Notes under the pieces: model-generated
Told to the model about the DNA's origin: nothing
Databases searched by the model: none
The model's input: the letters and a program-made list of their open reading frames with translations, nothing else
Made by a program: the position numbers and the translations under genes
Source: a virus
Taxonomy: Duplodnaviria; Caudoviricetes
DNA length: 24,859 nt
Direction: 5' to 3' (one strand)
Virus record (IMG/VR): IMGVR_UViG_3300042924_005688
Coordinates: 1-24,859 of that record
Part shown: positions 8,406 to 15,067 of the stretch, piece after piece
Position numbering within the stretch: the first letter of the stretch is position 1
Layout: each line of letters begins with the position of its first letter

Positions 8406-8911
8406 ACAAGATGACAGCGCTACCACCAATCGCGCTACTTCAGTTTCTGTTTCACTACAATCAAGTGGATGGGACTATAACCTACCTCCAGCAGCGTGGC
8501 CCCAAGAAGCCTGGCGATTTAGCCGATAGCACACGCAATGGCCTGCCAATCGTCTACATTCACGGCAAGGAGTACAAGGCTGCTGATGTTGCCTGGGCGT
8601 TAGCTCATGGCGTCGATCCTGCCGATAACAAATGGCTGCGCTATGTTATATGCCTTGACGGCAATCCATTTAACCTGTCTTATCATAACCTAGCCATACA
8701 AGACACCCCGCACCGTTATATCAATCCCCGTGGCCGGCGAGCAAAGCGGCCTGGCTGGTTCAAGAAAGACCTGAAGCGCAATCGGGTGACCGGCGAATGG
8801 ACAGCCCGGTACGATGGCGCACTGCTGCCAGGCACCTTCCTGACGCAGGCAGAGGCGGCAGCGGCAAGACGGCTGGCGGCGAAGGAGGAGGATTCATGTT
8901 CCCATTGCTAG
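8399..8911 (+). CDS. HNH_3/AP2-like endonuclease homolog, apparently lacking catalytic His
   Basis: LFHYN..G..YKAADVAWAL.HG..VICLDGNPFNLSYHNL; C-terminal WTARY..GTFLTQAEAAAAR (AP2-like). Confidence 0.7.
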   Translation: MVNKMTALPPIALLQFLFHYNQVDGTITYLQQRGPKKPGDLADSTRNGLPIVYIHGKEYKAADVAWALAHGVDPADNKWLRYVICLDGNPFNLSYHNLAIQDTPHRYINPRGRRAKRPGWFKKDLKRNRVTGEWTARYDGALLPGTFLTQAEAAAARRLAAKEEDSCSHC

Positions 8912-9225
8912 AGCCAGCCAGGGATTTTTCCTATTGGTGGAGAGAGGATGATTGGCCATTCGCTCCCCAAGTTACAGATTTGATGGTACTATCAGAGGTA
9001 GGAGGCGGCTATCATTGTTGGGGTGTTTATGGTGGTAGGATTTATGTTGACTACGAGCCCTTGAGGGCGGAGTTGATGAAATTCTTTGACCAGGACAATC
9101 CGAACTGGCCAGAGTTAGCCGACGTTCACAAACTAGCGCTAGATATTTCTGTAATAAAAATACCTACTTACCGTGTTAGCATGTGGCAAAATCGCCTATC
9201 TGTTCACGATTTGGGCTGGTCCTAG
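8896..9225 (+). CDS. Hypothetical protein
   Basis: Start moved to ATG 8896 (GGAGGAGG upstream); abuts the next gene. Confidence 0.68.
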   Translation: MFPLLEPARDFSYWWREDDWPFAPQVTDLMVLSEVGGGYHCWGVYGGRIYVDYEPLRAELMKFFDQDNPNWPELADVHKLALDISVIKIPTYRVSMWQNRLSVHDLGWS

Positions 9226-9501
9226 ATGGCTAACCTAATTGCGCATGACATTAAGATCAGAGACTTAAGACTTAAGCGCTTAACATTCAAAAGGGTTAGG
9301 ATCAATCAGGTATTCTACTACAGCTATCGCTGGTATCAGAAAATATCAAAATACATGGCGATAACGGCAGATACTATCGAGAATGACAGGATACGGTTTA
9401 AGGAAGCTGCCATGGTACGGGTCATGGATGAAGGCGCAGCATCTGCAAGGATCGCTGGTGGCATGTCATTTGAAGAGTTCCTTCAGAATGCCGCTTTGTG
9501 A
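9226..9501 (+). CDS. Hypothetical basic protein
   Basis: 91 aa; stop lies inside box 2. Confidence 0.65.
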   Translation: MANLIAHDIKIRDLRLKRLTFKRVRINQVFYYSYRWYQKISKYMAITADTIENDRIRFKEAAMVRVMDEGAASARIAGGMSFEEFLQNAAL

Positions 9502-9559
9502 CAAACTGTTAAGCATCCAACACTGACCTTGGCACGTTGGCGCTTAGATGCTGTATAGT
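9498..9559 (+). promoter_or_regulatory. Cassette element 2
   Basis: GTGACAAA-CT-GTTAAGCA (9498-9515), imperfect hairpin AGCATC/CCAAC..GTTGG/GATGCT, TATAGT 9554-9559, then TACATTGTTCAA. Confidence 0.78.
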
Positions 9560-9586
9560 TACATTGTTCAAGCAACCCAAGCCGCC

Positions 9587-10273
9587 ATGGCAAACGCCAT
9601 CCTGCCTGTTCAAATGCTGCACGCAGCAGCACAGTTTACTTCGCCAGATCCTGTTAAGCAAGTGCTAACTGGCATCCTGGTTAGGCCGGCAGATGATGGG
9701 GGAGTTATCATTAGCTCCAGCGATGGACACAGAGCCTTTCGTGTTACATGCCCAAATCCTAAATGGGTATGCCAGCAAGCATTACTGCTATCAGGTAAAG
9801 CGTTCAAGAAGCGCATACCATACGCCAGAATCGCTGAGTTTGAGACGCCATTTAGCAACGCTGCTATCCATGGCGGCAAAAAACTGACAGAATATATGCA
9901 ATCATTGCCGGCAATGCGGCAATGTGAATACGTAGCTGCGGCAGATACCTATACAAGCGTAAATCCCGCTACGCTTTATCCAGACTCGGATCGGATATGG
10001 CCCAGTCAATATGGAAGAGAGACTGATACGCCTATTGGGTTTAATGCTGCTTACCTGGCTGATTTCTTAACAATAGTTAAGCTGTACTCACATACTGATC
10101 TTGTGGTTAGCGAGCGCAACAGATACAATACGCCAATGATCTTTAGCGCTAAAGTAGATATGCCAGAACTATCAGTGACCATGGAATACTTGTTGATGCC
10201 AGTAGAGGATCAAGCTAATAGGGCGCCATACGCCAGCCGTGGCATGGTGGTGACAGCGGAGAGCGAGGAGTAA
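9587..10273 (+). CDS. DNA polymerase III beta-clamp-like protein (truncated, about two domains)
   Basis: SPDPVKQVLTGILV..SSDGHRAF, YPDSDRIWP, IGFNAAYLADFL, EYLLMPV match DnaN central and C-terminal motifs; 228 aa from ATG 9587. Confidence 0.75.
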   Translation: MANAILPVQMLHAAAQFTSPDPVKQVLTGILVRPADDGGVIISSSDGHRAFRVTCPNPKWVCQQALLLSGKAFKKRIPYARIAEFETPFSNAAIHGGKKLTEYMQSLPAMRQCEYVAAADTYTSVNPATLYPDSDRIWPSQYGRETDTPIGFNAAYLADFLTIVKLYSHTDLVVSERNRYNTPMIFSAKVDMPELSVTMEYLLMPVEDQANRAPYASRGMVVTAESEE

Positions 10274-10276
10274 CAC

Positions 10277-10338
10277 CTTACAAACTGTTAAGCACTTTCA
10301 GCCGGACCTAGCAAGTCCGGCTTTTTTCATGCTATGAT
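10277..10338 (+). promoter_or_regulatory. Cassette element 3 (box + terminator + extended -10)
   Basis: CTTACAAA-CT-GTTAAGCA (10277-10294), GCCGGAC-CTAGCAA-GTCCGGC-T6, TG-C-TATGAT (10333-10338). Confidence 0.85.
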
Positions 10339-10363
10339 TACTTTGTCCAAACAAAACAAGTCG

Positions 10364-10777
10364 ATGACGCTTTATCTGCTCAACACCACCGTTGTCCCTT
10401 GCGGGAGTGACGGCATCTGGGATGTTAAGACACTTCCTCTTGCGTCGGCCAAAAGTCTTTTCGCTCGCACATCCCCGGCAACCGTTTACACGTCTGCCGT
10501 AGGACATGAATCAACAGCTTGTATCATGGCCGAACTGCTAGGGGTTCAAGTCCCCGTGAACAGAATACAGGTGGCGCCTGTTTTGGGTGATAAGCTGCTT
10601 TGCTTTAAGCTAAAGCAAAGAGCGCCAGAAGGGGTGATCCTGTCAGCGCCAGAGATTGAAGCGTTGGGTTATGAATGGGTTTTAATGACCTACCATGGCA
10701 GCATCGGTGCTGCACTGGACGCCAAGCTGTTATCCCAGGACAACTTTGTGAATGCAGTTTACAATCGGGTATATTGA
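10364..10777 (+). CDS. acrIII-1: AcrIII-1 family (DUF1874/YddF/STIV B116) cA4 ring nuclease, anti-type III CRISPR
   Basis: From ATG 10364: YLLN, SAVGH48EST, VNR67IQV..GD, KQR86APE89G.IL..EI. Spacing matches H47/R66/R85/E88 of SIRV1 gp29, recalled from memory. Confidence 0.9.
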   Translation: MTLYLLNTTVVPCGSDGIWDVKTLPLASAKSLFARTSPATVYTSAVGHESTACIMAELLGVQVPVNRIQVAPVLGDKLLCFKLKQRAPEGVILSAPEIEALGYEWVLMTYHGSIGAALDAKLLSQDNFVNAVYNRVY

Positions 10778-10778
10778 T

Positions 10779-11030
10779 ATGTTTACTATTTTTGTGCAAC
10801 AGAATGACCAGTGGGTCGAGTTTCTACCGCTGGCTAGAGAACTTGGGTACATTAGCCAGCAAGAGGCTAATTGGATCAAAAACTTTGACCTAGAAGACAT
10901 CGCCAAGGTAATTAGCTACTTTGGCAACGAAGTTCAGATATTACCACCTTGCAGCTTTTGGAAGGTGGTCGGGCCAGCCGGCCATACGCTGCCAGGTTTT
11001 ATCCATTCGACCTATGAAGCGGCAGCCTAG
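10779..11030 (+). CDS. Hypothetical protein co-transcribed with AcrIII-1
   Basis: ATG 10779 lies 1 nt after the acr stop; 83 aa. Confidence 0.68.
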   Translation: MFTIFVQQNDQWVEFLPLARELGYISQQEANWIKNFDLEDIAKVISYFGNEVQILPPCSFWKVVGPAGHTLPGFIHSTYEAAA

Positions 11031-11037
11031 CCGCCAC

Positions 11038-11099
11038 CTTACAAACTGTTAAGCGTTAAGAGGCGAGCCTAGCAAGCTCGCTTTTTTATGTGCTATGCT
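11038..11099 (+). promoter_or_regulatory. Cassette element 4 (box + terminator + extended -10)
   Basis: CTTACAAA-CT-GTTAAGCG (11038-11055), GCGAGC-CTAGCAA-GCTCGC-T6, TG-C-TATGCT (11094-11099). Confidence 0.85.
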
Positions 11100-11127
11100 T
11101 AATGTGTTCAAACGAAACAGGCCCACC

Positions 11128-11343
11128 ATGCAAACCCCATCGGCATACGATCAAACTGGCTATCTTGCCGGCAACCAGCATAGTTATGGAGCGTTGCACA
11201 GGCAATCTATCGAGTTAGTGGAGCAAATGGCGAGAGTTAGTGGAGCCAAGGATGAGCTGATGGCGATGGCTAAAATTTGTTCGAGCCTTGCGCGTAAGGC
11301 TGAAGATGCGCGGCTAAAAGATTTAGGTTGCTTTGAAGAGTGA
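11128..11343 (+). CDS. Small helical hypothetical protein (71 aa)
   Basis: Start moved to ATG 11128 because the track start lies inside the -10. Confidence 0.68.
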   Translation: MQTPSAYDQTGYLAGNQHSYGALHRQSIELVEQMARVSGAKDELMAMAKICSSLARKAEDARLKDLGCFEE

Positions 11344-11394
11344 CGCTTTAACCTCTAACCCACCATTCTGCCGGCAAACAAGCCGGATCATCCA

Positions 11395-11622
11395 ATGACA
11401 CTTTATGAAGAGCTGGTCGCCGCTGGCTGTTTGATCGACCATCACAAATCGACTTTGTACGTTAGGTGCAGTGAAAAAGCTGAAACTATTATCCTCTATC
11501 ACGTTTTATTGCCTGACAGCGTATTGCAGATGCCTAAACAGTTCCGGTCAGATATTGACAAAAAGTTATGGTATGACATTCCGTTTGGTTATGATCCATT
11601 CTGGAGTAAGCCGGCAAAGTAA
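11395..11622 (+). CDS. Conserved-looking phage hypothetical protein
   Basis: 75 aa; DHH..LYV..FRSDID..WYDIPFGYDPFW. Confidence 0.75.
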   Translation: MTLYEELVAAGCLIDHHKSTLYVRCSEKAETIILYHVLLPDSVLQMPKQFRSDIDKKLWYDIPFGYDPFWSKPAK

Positions 11623-11657
11623 ACAGTCTTTTCAATTCCACCATCCCCAACTCCCCA

Positions 11658-11912
11658 ATGAACCTTAACAAAGAAAACGCCGCGCTATTTCAGTCAAGCC
11701 TTGAAAAGGCTTACGAGCATTTGTTCGCAAACAATGCGGAATACAGCTACTCAGCAGCCGTAACAACTCCCGCCAAGCTAGCAGAAAAAATGACCATCGG
11801 ACTCGCAAGAAATGAAGCCAACAAAGATGGGGACGGCATTAAAATGACGTGCAAAGCTCTTAAAATACCTTACACTTACAAGGGTATTTTGGCTTACTTA
11901 AATCATGGATAA
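11658..11912 (+). CDS. Conserved-looking phage hypothetical protein
   Basis: 84 aa; TP.KLAEKMT..ANKDG..IK.TCK.L.I..TYKGI..YL. Confidence 0.75.
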   Translation: MNLNKENAALFQSSLEKAYEHLFANNAEYSYSAAVTTPAKLAEKMTIGLARNEANKDGDGIKMTCKALKIPYTYKGILAYLNHG

Positions 11913-11937
11913 ATAACCGGCAAGGTAAATCATGGGG

Positions 11938-11964
11938 GCTGGGGCTTTCGGGTCCCAGCTTTCT
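11938..11964 (+). terminator. Intrinsic terminator
   Basis: GCTGGGGCT-TTCG-GGTCCCAGC-TTTCT after the last gene of the unit. Confidence 0.6.
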
Positions 11965-12036
11965 CATTGGATTCTCAACCTGGACAGATCAGGCTGGCTT
12001 ATGGTCATTTTGGGGGCCTGCATCGAGTAGTGATCT

Positions 12037-12165
12037 ATTCAAAAGCCTTGCGGCGCAACGATTTATAAGGAAAAAGGTGCCGAGGAGATAAACCTGCATT
12101 TTTAGTAACACATTCAAAAGCCTTGCGGCGCAACGATCTGTAAGGAAAAACGAAAAGGAGATAAA
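12037..12165. repeat. Two-copy direct repeat (75-bp period) with palindromic core TTGCG-G-CGCAA
   Basis: ATTCAAAAGCCTTGCGGCGCAACGAT identical at 12037-12062 and 12112-12137, similarity continuing through TAAGGAAAAA..AGGAGATAAA; third core copy at 13016-13028. Confidence 0.9.
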
Positions 12166-12435
12166 TTGCCTAATAGAAAAGGTGGGGGAAACGTGTATCA
12201 GGGTGATACAGTCTCACTATGAGTCTCATGAGACTGTAGAAAAAGTGAAAAAAAGTATTTTCTTCTATTCTCTCTATCTCTGCCAGCTCCCATCAGGCTT
12301 TTGGACCTGTTACTGAAAATGCAGGCGATTATCCGCCATAAGTCAAGCCTATAAGACCATTTTCTTCCTGCCGGCAAGATAAAAGCATGGAAGTATGTTG
12401 CGTTGTAGTATCCTGTAATCACGAATAAGAGCAAC

Positions 12436-13011
12436 ATGGATTCATCGCTTTCTCGCATTAACCCAACTCCCATTCACTGCCGGCCAGATAGCGAAAGATT
12501 ATTGCGCACGCATAACGCCTGGCAGGCATCTTGGGACCAAAGCAGCGAGAACGAAGAAGCGCCAGATTTAGAAGCATTAACAAGAGAGGCGTTTGGCTAT
12601 TATGCTGCTGGATTGTTGCCGGTTCAAGTTAGGTGGAAGCTAGGCGAGCTGCATTCACACCTCTCGAACGCCACCCTCACCCGCATTCAGCGCCGCGCCG
12701 AGCGTGCCCTGCTGGCCGCTGAGAGCGCCCCGCCAGAGCTGCGCCGCGCCATGGTGGCCGCAGCCCGCCAGACGGCCATTCAAGGGGCCATTTCGGACCA
12801 TGCCTGGGGCGCAGCTCTGGCGGGCTTAGCGCGTGCTGGCGAGATCGCTAGGGAGATGCGGGAGAGCGCTGGCCTGAGCGAGGAGGATCTGGTGTTGACC
12901 GTCTCGGTCGAGCAGCCTGTACTCCCTGCCGGTGAGTCTCAGCCAGTCTCAGATGAGACAGCGGCCAATCTCAACGATGAGACGGTTGAGATTGAGACTG
13001 AGACTTGTTGA
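12436..13011 (+). CDS. Putative terminase small subunit (helical, HTH-like); start uncertain
   Basis: Pattern L..REAF.YY..G....QV...L......S..T..R...RA...L..E....RRA.V.......A......AAL..L....EIA resembles TerS-like proteins of cyanosiphoviruses, recalled from memory; no other TerS candidate lies near TerL. Confidence 0.55.
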   Translation: MDSSLSRINPTPIHCRPDSERLLRTHNAWQASWDQSSENEEAPDLEALTREAFGYYAAGLLPVQVRWKLGELHSHLSNATLTRIQRRAERALLAAESAPPELRRAMVAAARQTAIQGAISDHAWGAALAGLARAGEIAREMRESAGLSEEDLVLTVSVEQPVLPAGESQPVSDETAANLNDETVEIETETC

Positions 13012-13055
13012 GAACCCTTGCGGCGCAATGAATCTCATCTGAGACAGGCATTCAT

Positions 13056-13107
13056 GCAACTAACTGTTAAGCGTCCAGCCACACACGCTTAACAACCATG
13101 CTACTAT
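13056..13107 (+). promoter_or_regulatory. Cassette element 5
   Basis: GCAACTAA-CT-GTTAAGCG (13056-13073), TGTTAAGCGT/ACGCTTAACA inverted repeat, TG-C-TACTAT (13102-13107). Confidence 0.8.
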
Positions 13108-13140
13108 TAACAAGCAAACACGCACCGCCCCACCATGGCC
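13059..13140 (+). repeat. Repeat A copy 1 (82 bp, identical to 14068-14149)
   Basis: Direct comparison; covers box, hairpin, -10, leader and ATGGCC. Confidence 0.95.
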
Positions 13141-13509
13141 ACGACAACAGCAACAAAAACCGCCCCATTCACCGCCGCAGAATGGGCAAGCCTTAAAAGA
13201 CTAGCTAAAATTATTCACAAATGGAATGAAGATGAATGTAATGGCGCTATTCAATGGCACGGTGACAATGAAGAAACTCCTAAGCGTTATTTTCAAGATC
13301 GCTACGGCCGCTTTACTATCCCTGGCCCTACGATTCAGGATAAAGAGAAGCAAAGCGTAGAGTCTGCTCGCAAGATTGCCGCCAGGCATGGTTTGTCTAT
13401 CTACCACCAAACCGACCCTAGGGGTATCGCGCTATATGTCTACAATCCTGCGCTCAACGAAGGTAGAATCGATGAGCTTTATTCTAGCATAGGCAAGCCT
13501 GTCTGCTAA
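13135..13509 (+). CDS. Conserved-looking phage hypothetical protein
   Basis: 124 aa; W.EDECNG.IQ and YHQTDPRG.ALY motifs. Confidence 0.8.
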   Translation: MATTTATKTAPFTAAEWASLKRLAKIIHKWNEDECNGAIQWHGDNEETPKRYFQDRYGRFTIPGPTIQDKEKQSVESARKIAARHGLSIYHQTDPRGIALYVYNPALNEGRIDELYSSIGKPVC

Positions 13510-13529
13510 ATTCATTCATTCACTTAACC

Positions 13530-13658
13530 ATGCTAATCATTGTTCGCGCTAATCAGGCTGAGTTAATCTCCTGCCGCCAAGATATTAAGGCGGCTTGGCG
13601 ATTGGCACATGCCTTAACATGGAAAACTAAAGTCTACCACTGGGTAGGTAGACTTTAG
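13530..13658 (+). CDS. Small basic protein (42 aa)
   Basis: MLIIVRANQAELISCRQDIKAAWRLAHALTWKTKVYHWVGRL after a (TTCA)3 leader; fills the gap. Confidence 0.55.
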   Translation: MLIIVRANQAELISCRQDIKAAWRLAHALTWKTKVYHWVGRL

Positions 13659-13663
13659 TTTTC
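13622..13663. repeat. Perfect 17-bp inverted repeat, 8-nt loop
   Basis: GAAAACTAAAGTCTACC-ACTGGGTA-GGTAGACTTTAGTTTTC. Confidence 0.9.
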
Positions 13664-13700
13664 ATTCATTCATTCATTCATTCATTCATTCATTCATTCA
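13661..13700 (+). repeat. (TTCA)10 microsatellite
   Basis: Ten perfect units; (TTCA)7 at 14741-14768 and (TTCA)3 at 13511-13522. Confidence 0.95.
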
Positions 13701-13704
13701 AACC

Positions 13705-13920
13705 ATGCAAGTTCAAAACGTCTCTCCTGCTATTAATCTTGAGGCTAACAAGAACAAGCGCAAAGCAGAGATTTACGATGCTGCTATGGTGCTACTAAAA
13801 GCGGATCGTGACTTAGCATTAACAGACATTAGCCTTGCCACGATCACTAATTTATCTGAATTGTGCCGCAAAATAGAGTTAGGCGAAAAAGTATCAGGCT
13901 CCCCCTTGCTTGACTTCTGA
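13705..13920 (+). CDS. Hypothetical protein (71 aa), copy 1
   Basis: MQVQNVSPAINLEANKNKRK..; duplicated at 14773-14988. Confidence 0.75.
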   Translation: MQVQNVSPAINLEANKNKRKAEIYDAAMVLLKADRDLALTDISLATITNLSELCRKIELGEKVSGSPLLDF

Positions 13921-13921
13921 C

Positions 13922-13973
13922 CTTACAGAATGTTAAGCGTCCACCGTCCTGCCATGCTAAGGCATGGTAGGAT
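13922..13973 (+). promoter_or_regulatory. Cassette element 6
   Basis: CTTACAGA-AT-GTTAAGCG (13922-13939), CCTGCCATGC/GCATGGTAGG hairpin, TG-G-TAGGAT (13968-13973). Confidence 0.8.
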
Positions 13974-14000
13974 ATGCAAGTACCAAAGCAAACAAGCGCC

Positions 14001-14072
14001 ATGACTGAACAGCGTTGCAGCTATCTTGGCGAAGTGTTCCCAGACTTTATAGCGGAACTTCGCCCTTACTAA
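14001..14072 (+). CDS. 23-aa micro-ORF or truncated gene remnant
   Basis: MTEQRCSYLGEVFPDFIAELRPY; only ORF between elements 6 and 7, with its stop supplied by box 7. Confidence 0.45.
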   Translation: MTEQRCSYLGEVFPDFIAELRPY

Positions 14073-14116
14073 CTGTTAAGCGTCCAGCCACACACGCTTA
14101 ACAACCATGCTACTAT
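14065..14116 (+). promoter_or_regulatory. Cassette element 7 (within repeat A copy 2, 14068-14149)
   Basis: CTTACTAA-CT-GTTAAGCG (14065-14082), same hairpin as element 5, TG-C-TACTAT (14111-14116). Confidence 0.82.
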
Positions 14117-14143
14117 TAACAAGCAAACACGCACCGCCCCACC

Positions 14144-14476
14144 ATGGCCGAATTGATCTCAAGAGCTGAATACATGGCCGATCCTCGCCATGCAGACCGC
14201 GTCTGGCAGCAGGCAGCTCATCGCGCCTACTATGCTCAGTTTGTGACTCCCGCCCATTTTATTAGGCTCAAAAACCTGCCTTTCGACATTAAAGGCAGCA
14301 AAGATCCATACTTTAACGACATACCCCTAAGCGCTTGGGATCGGCTATCATTGCCTATTCCCATGGAATCAAATACATTGTTGCGCAAGTGTGGCGACTT
14401 TCCTACGCTTGCCGGCGCTGTTTGCATCTTAAAGGAAGCTGCCCAACAAATTAGGGAGGGTTCGGCTAATGTCTGA
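14144..14476 (+). CDS. Conserved-looking phage hypothetical protein
   Basis: 110 aa; HRAYYAQFV..SKDPYFNDIPLSAWD..VCILKEAA. Confidence 0.8.
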   Translation: MAELISRAEYMADPRHADRVWQQAAHRAYYAQFVTPAHFIRLKNLPFDIKGSKDPYFNDIPLSAWDRLSLPIPMESNTLLRKCGDFPTLAGAVCILKEAAQQIREGSANV

Positions 14477-14738
14477 CCTAATTCTCGGCCCAGTAATTAT
14501 CACAAAATACTGTTGTGCTACCAACAATAGGGAGTCCCGTGTTTTGGCAACACACAAGAGAGATAATGGTACAACTCGGCGCTGTTATCTTAATGTTGAC
14601 AATGCCTTAAGCGATGAAGAAAACCACTTAAAAGCTGCCGAAAAATTACTAGCATCCTGGCCATACGAGAACAACCTCAGGATAGTTGGCAGGGGCCATG
14701 ATGCTAGTAATTATTTCTTTCTTTGTCAGTCTGCCTAG
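14469..14738 (+). CDS. Conserved-looking phage hypothetical protein
   Basis: 89 aa; ITKY...TN.R.SRV.A and ENH.KAA motifs; 8-nt overlap. Confidence 0.78.
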   Translation: MSDLILGPVIITKYCCATNNRESRVLATHKRDNGTTRRCYLNVDNALSDEENHLKAAEKLLASWPYENNLRIVGRGHDASNYFFLCQSA

Positions 14739-14772
14739 TATTCATTCATTCATTCATTCATTCATTCAAACC

Positions 14773-14988
14773 ATGCAAGTTCAAAACGTCTCTCCTGCTA
14801 TTAATCTTGAGGCTAACAAGAACAAGCGCAAAGCAGAGATTTACGATGCTGCTATGGTGCTACTAAAAGCGGATCGTGACTTAGCATTAACAGACATTAG
14901 CCTTGCCACGATCACTAATTTATCTGAATTGTGCCGCAAAATAGAGTTAGGCGAAAAAGTATCAGGCTCCCCCTTGCTTGACTTCTGA
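14773..14988 (+). CDS. Hypothetical protein (71 aa), copy 2
   Basis: Identical to 13705-13920; start set to ATG 14773. Confidence 0.75.
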   Translation: MQVQNVSPAINLEANKNKRKAEIYDAAMVLLKADRDLALTDISLATITNLSELCRKIELGEKVSGSPLLDF

Positions 14989-14989
14989 C

Positions 14990-15041
14990 CTTACAGAATG
15001 TTAAGCGTCCACCGTCCTGCCATGCTAAGGCATGGTAGGAT
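14990..15041 (+). promoter_or_regulatory. Cassette element 8 (identical to element 6)
   Basis: Box 14990-15007, TAGGAT 15036-15041. Confidence 0.8.
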
Positions 15042-15067
15042 ATGCAAGTACCAAAGCAAACAAGGTC

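Larger units (their letters stand above)
13672..13996 (+). repeat. Repeat B copy 1 (325 bp, identical by eye to 14740-15064)
   Basis: Covers the TTCA tract, the whole 71-aa gene and the following promoter element. Confidence 0.93.

Noticed and set aside
12037-12165. CRISPR-like mini-array
   Set aside because: Only two units, and the would-be spacers resemble each other; no cas genes in the window.
13066-13093. Integron attC site (GTTAAGC and GCTTAAC fit GTTRRRY/RYYYAAC)
   Set aside because: Order is reversed relative to attC, the pairing occurs only in elements 5 and 7, the elements contain promoters, and no integrase is in the window.
13672-15064. Diversity-generating retroelement TR/VR pair
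   Set aside because: Copies look identical with no adenine-specific mismatches, and no reverse transcriptase is seen.
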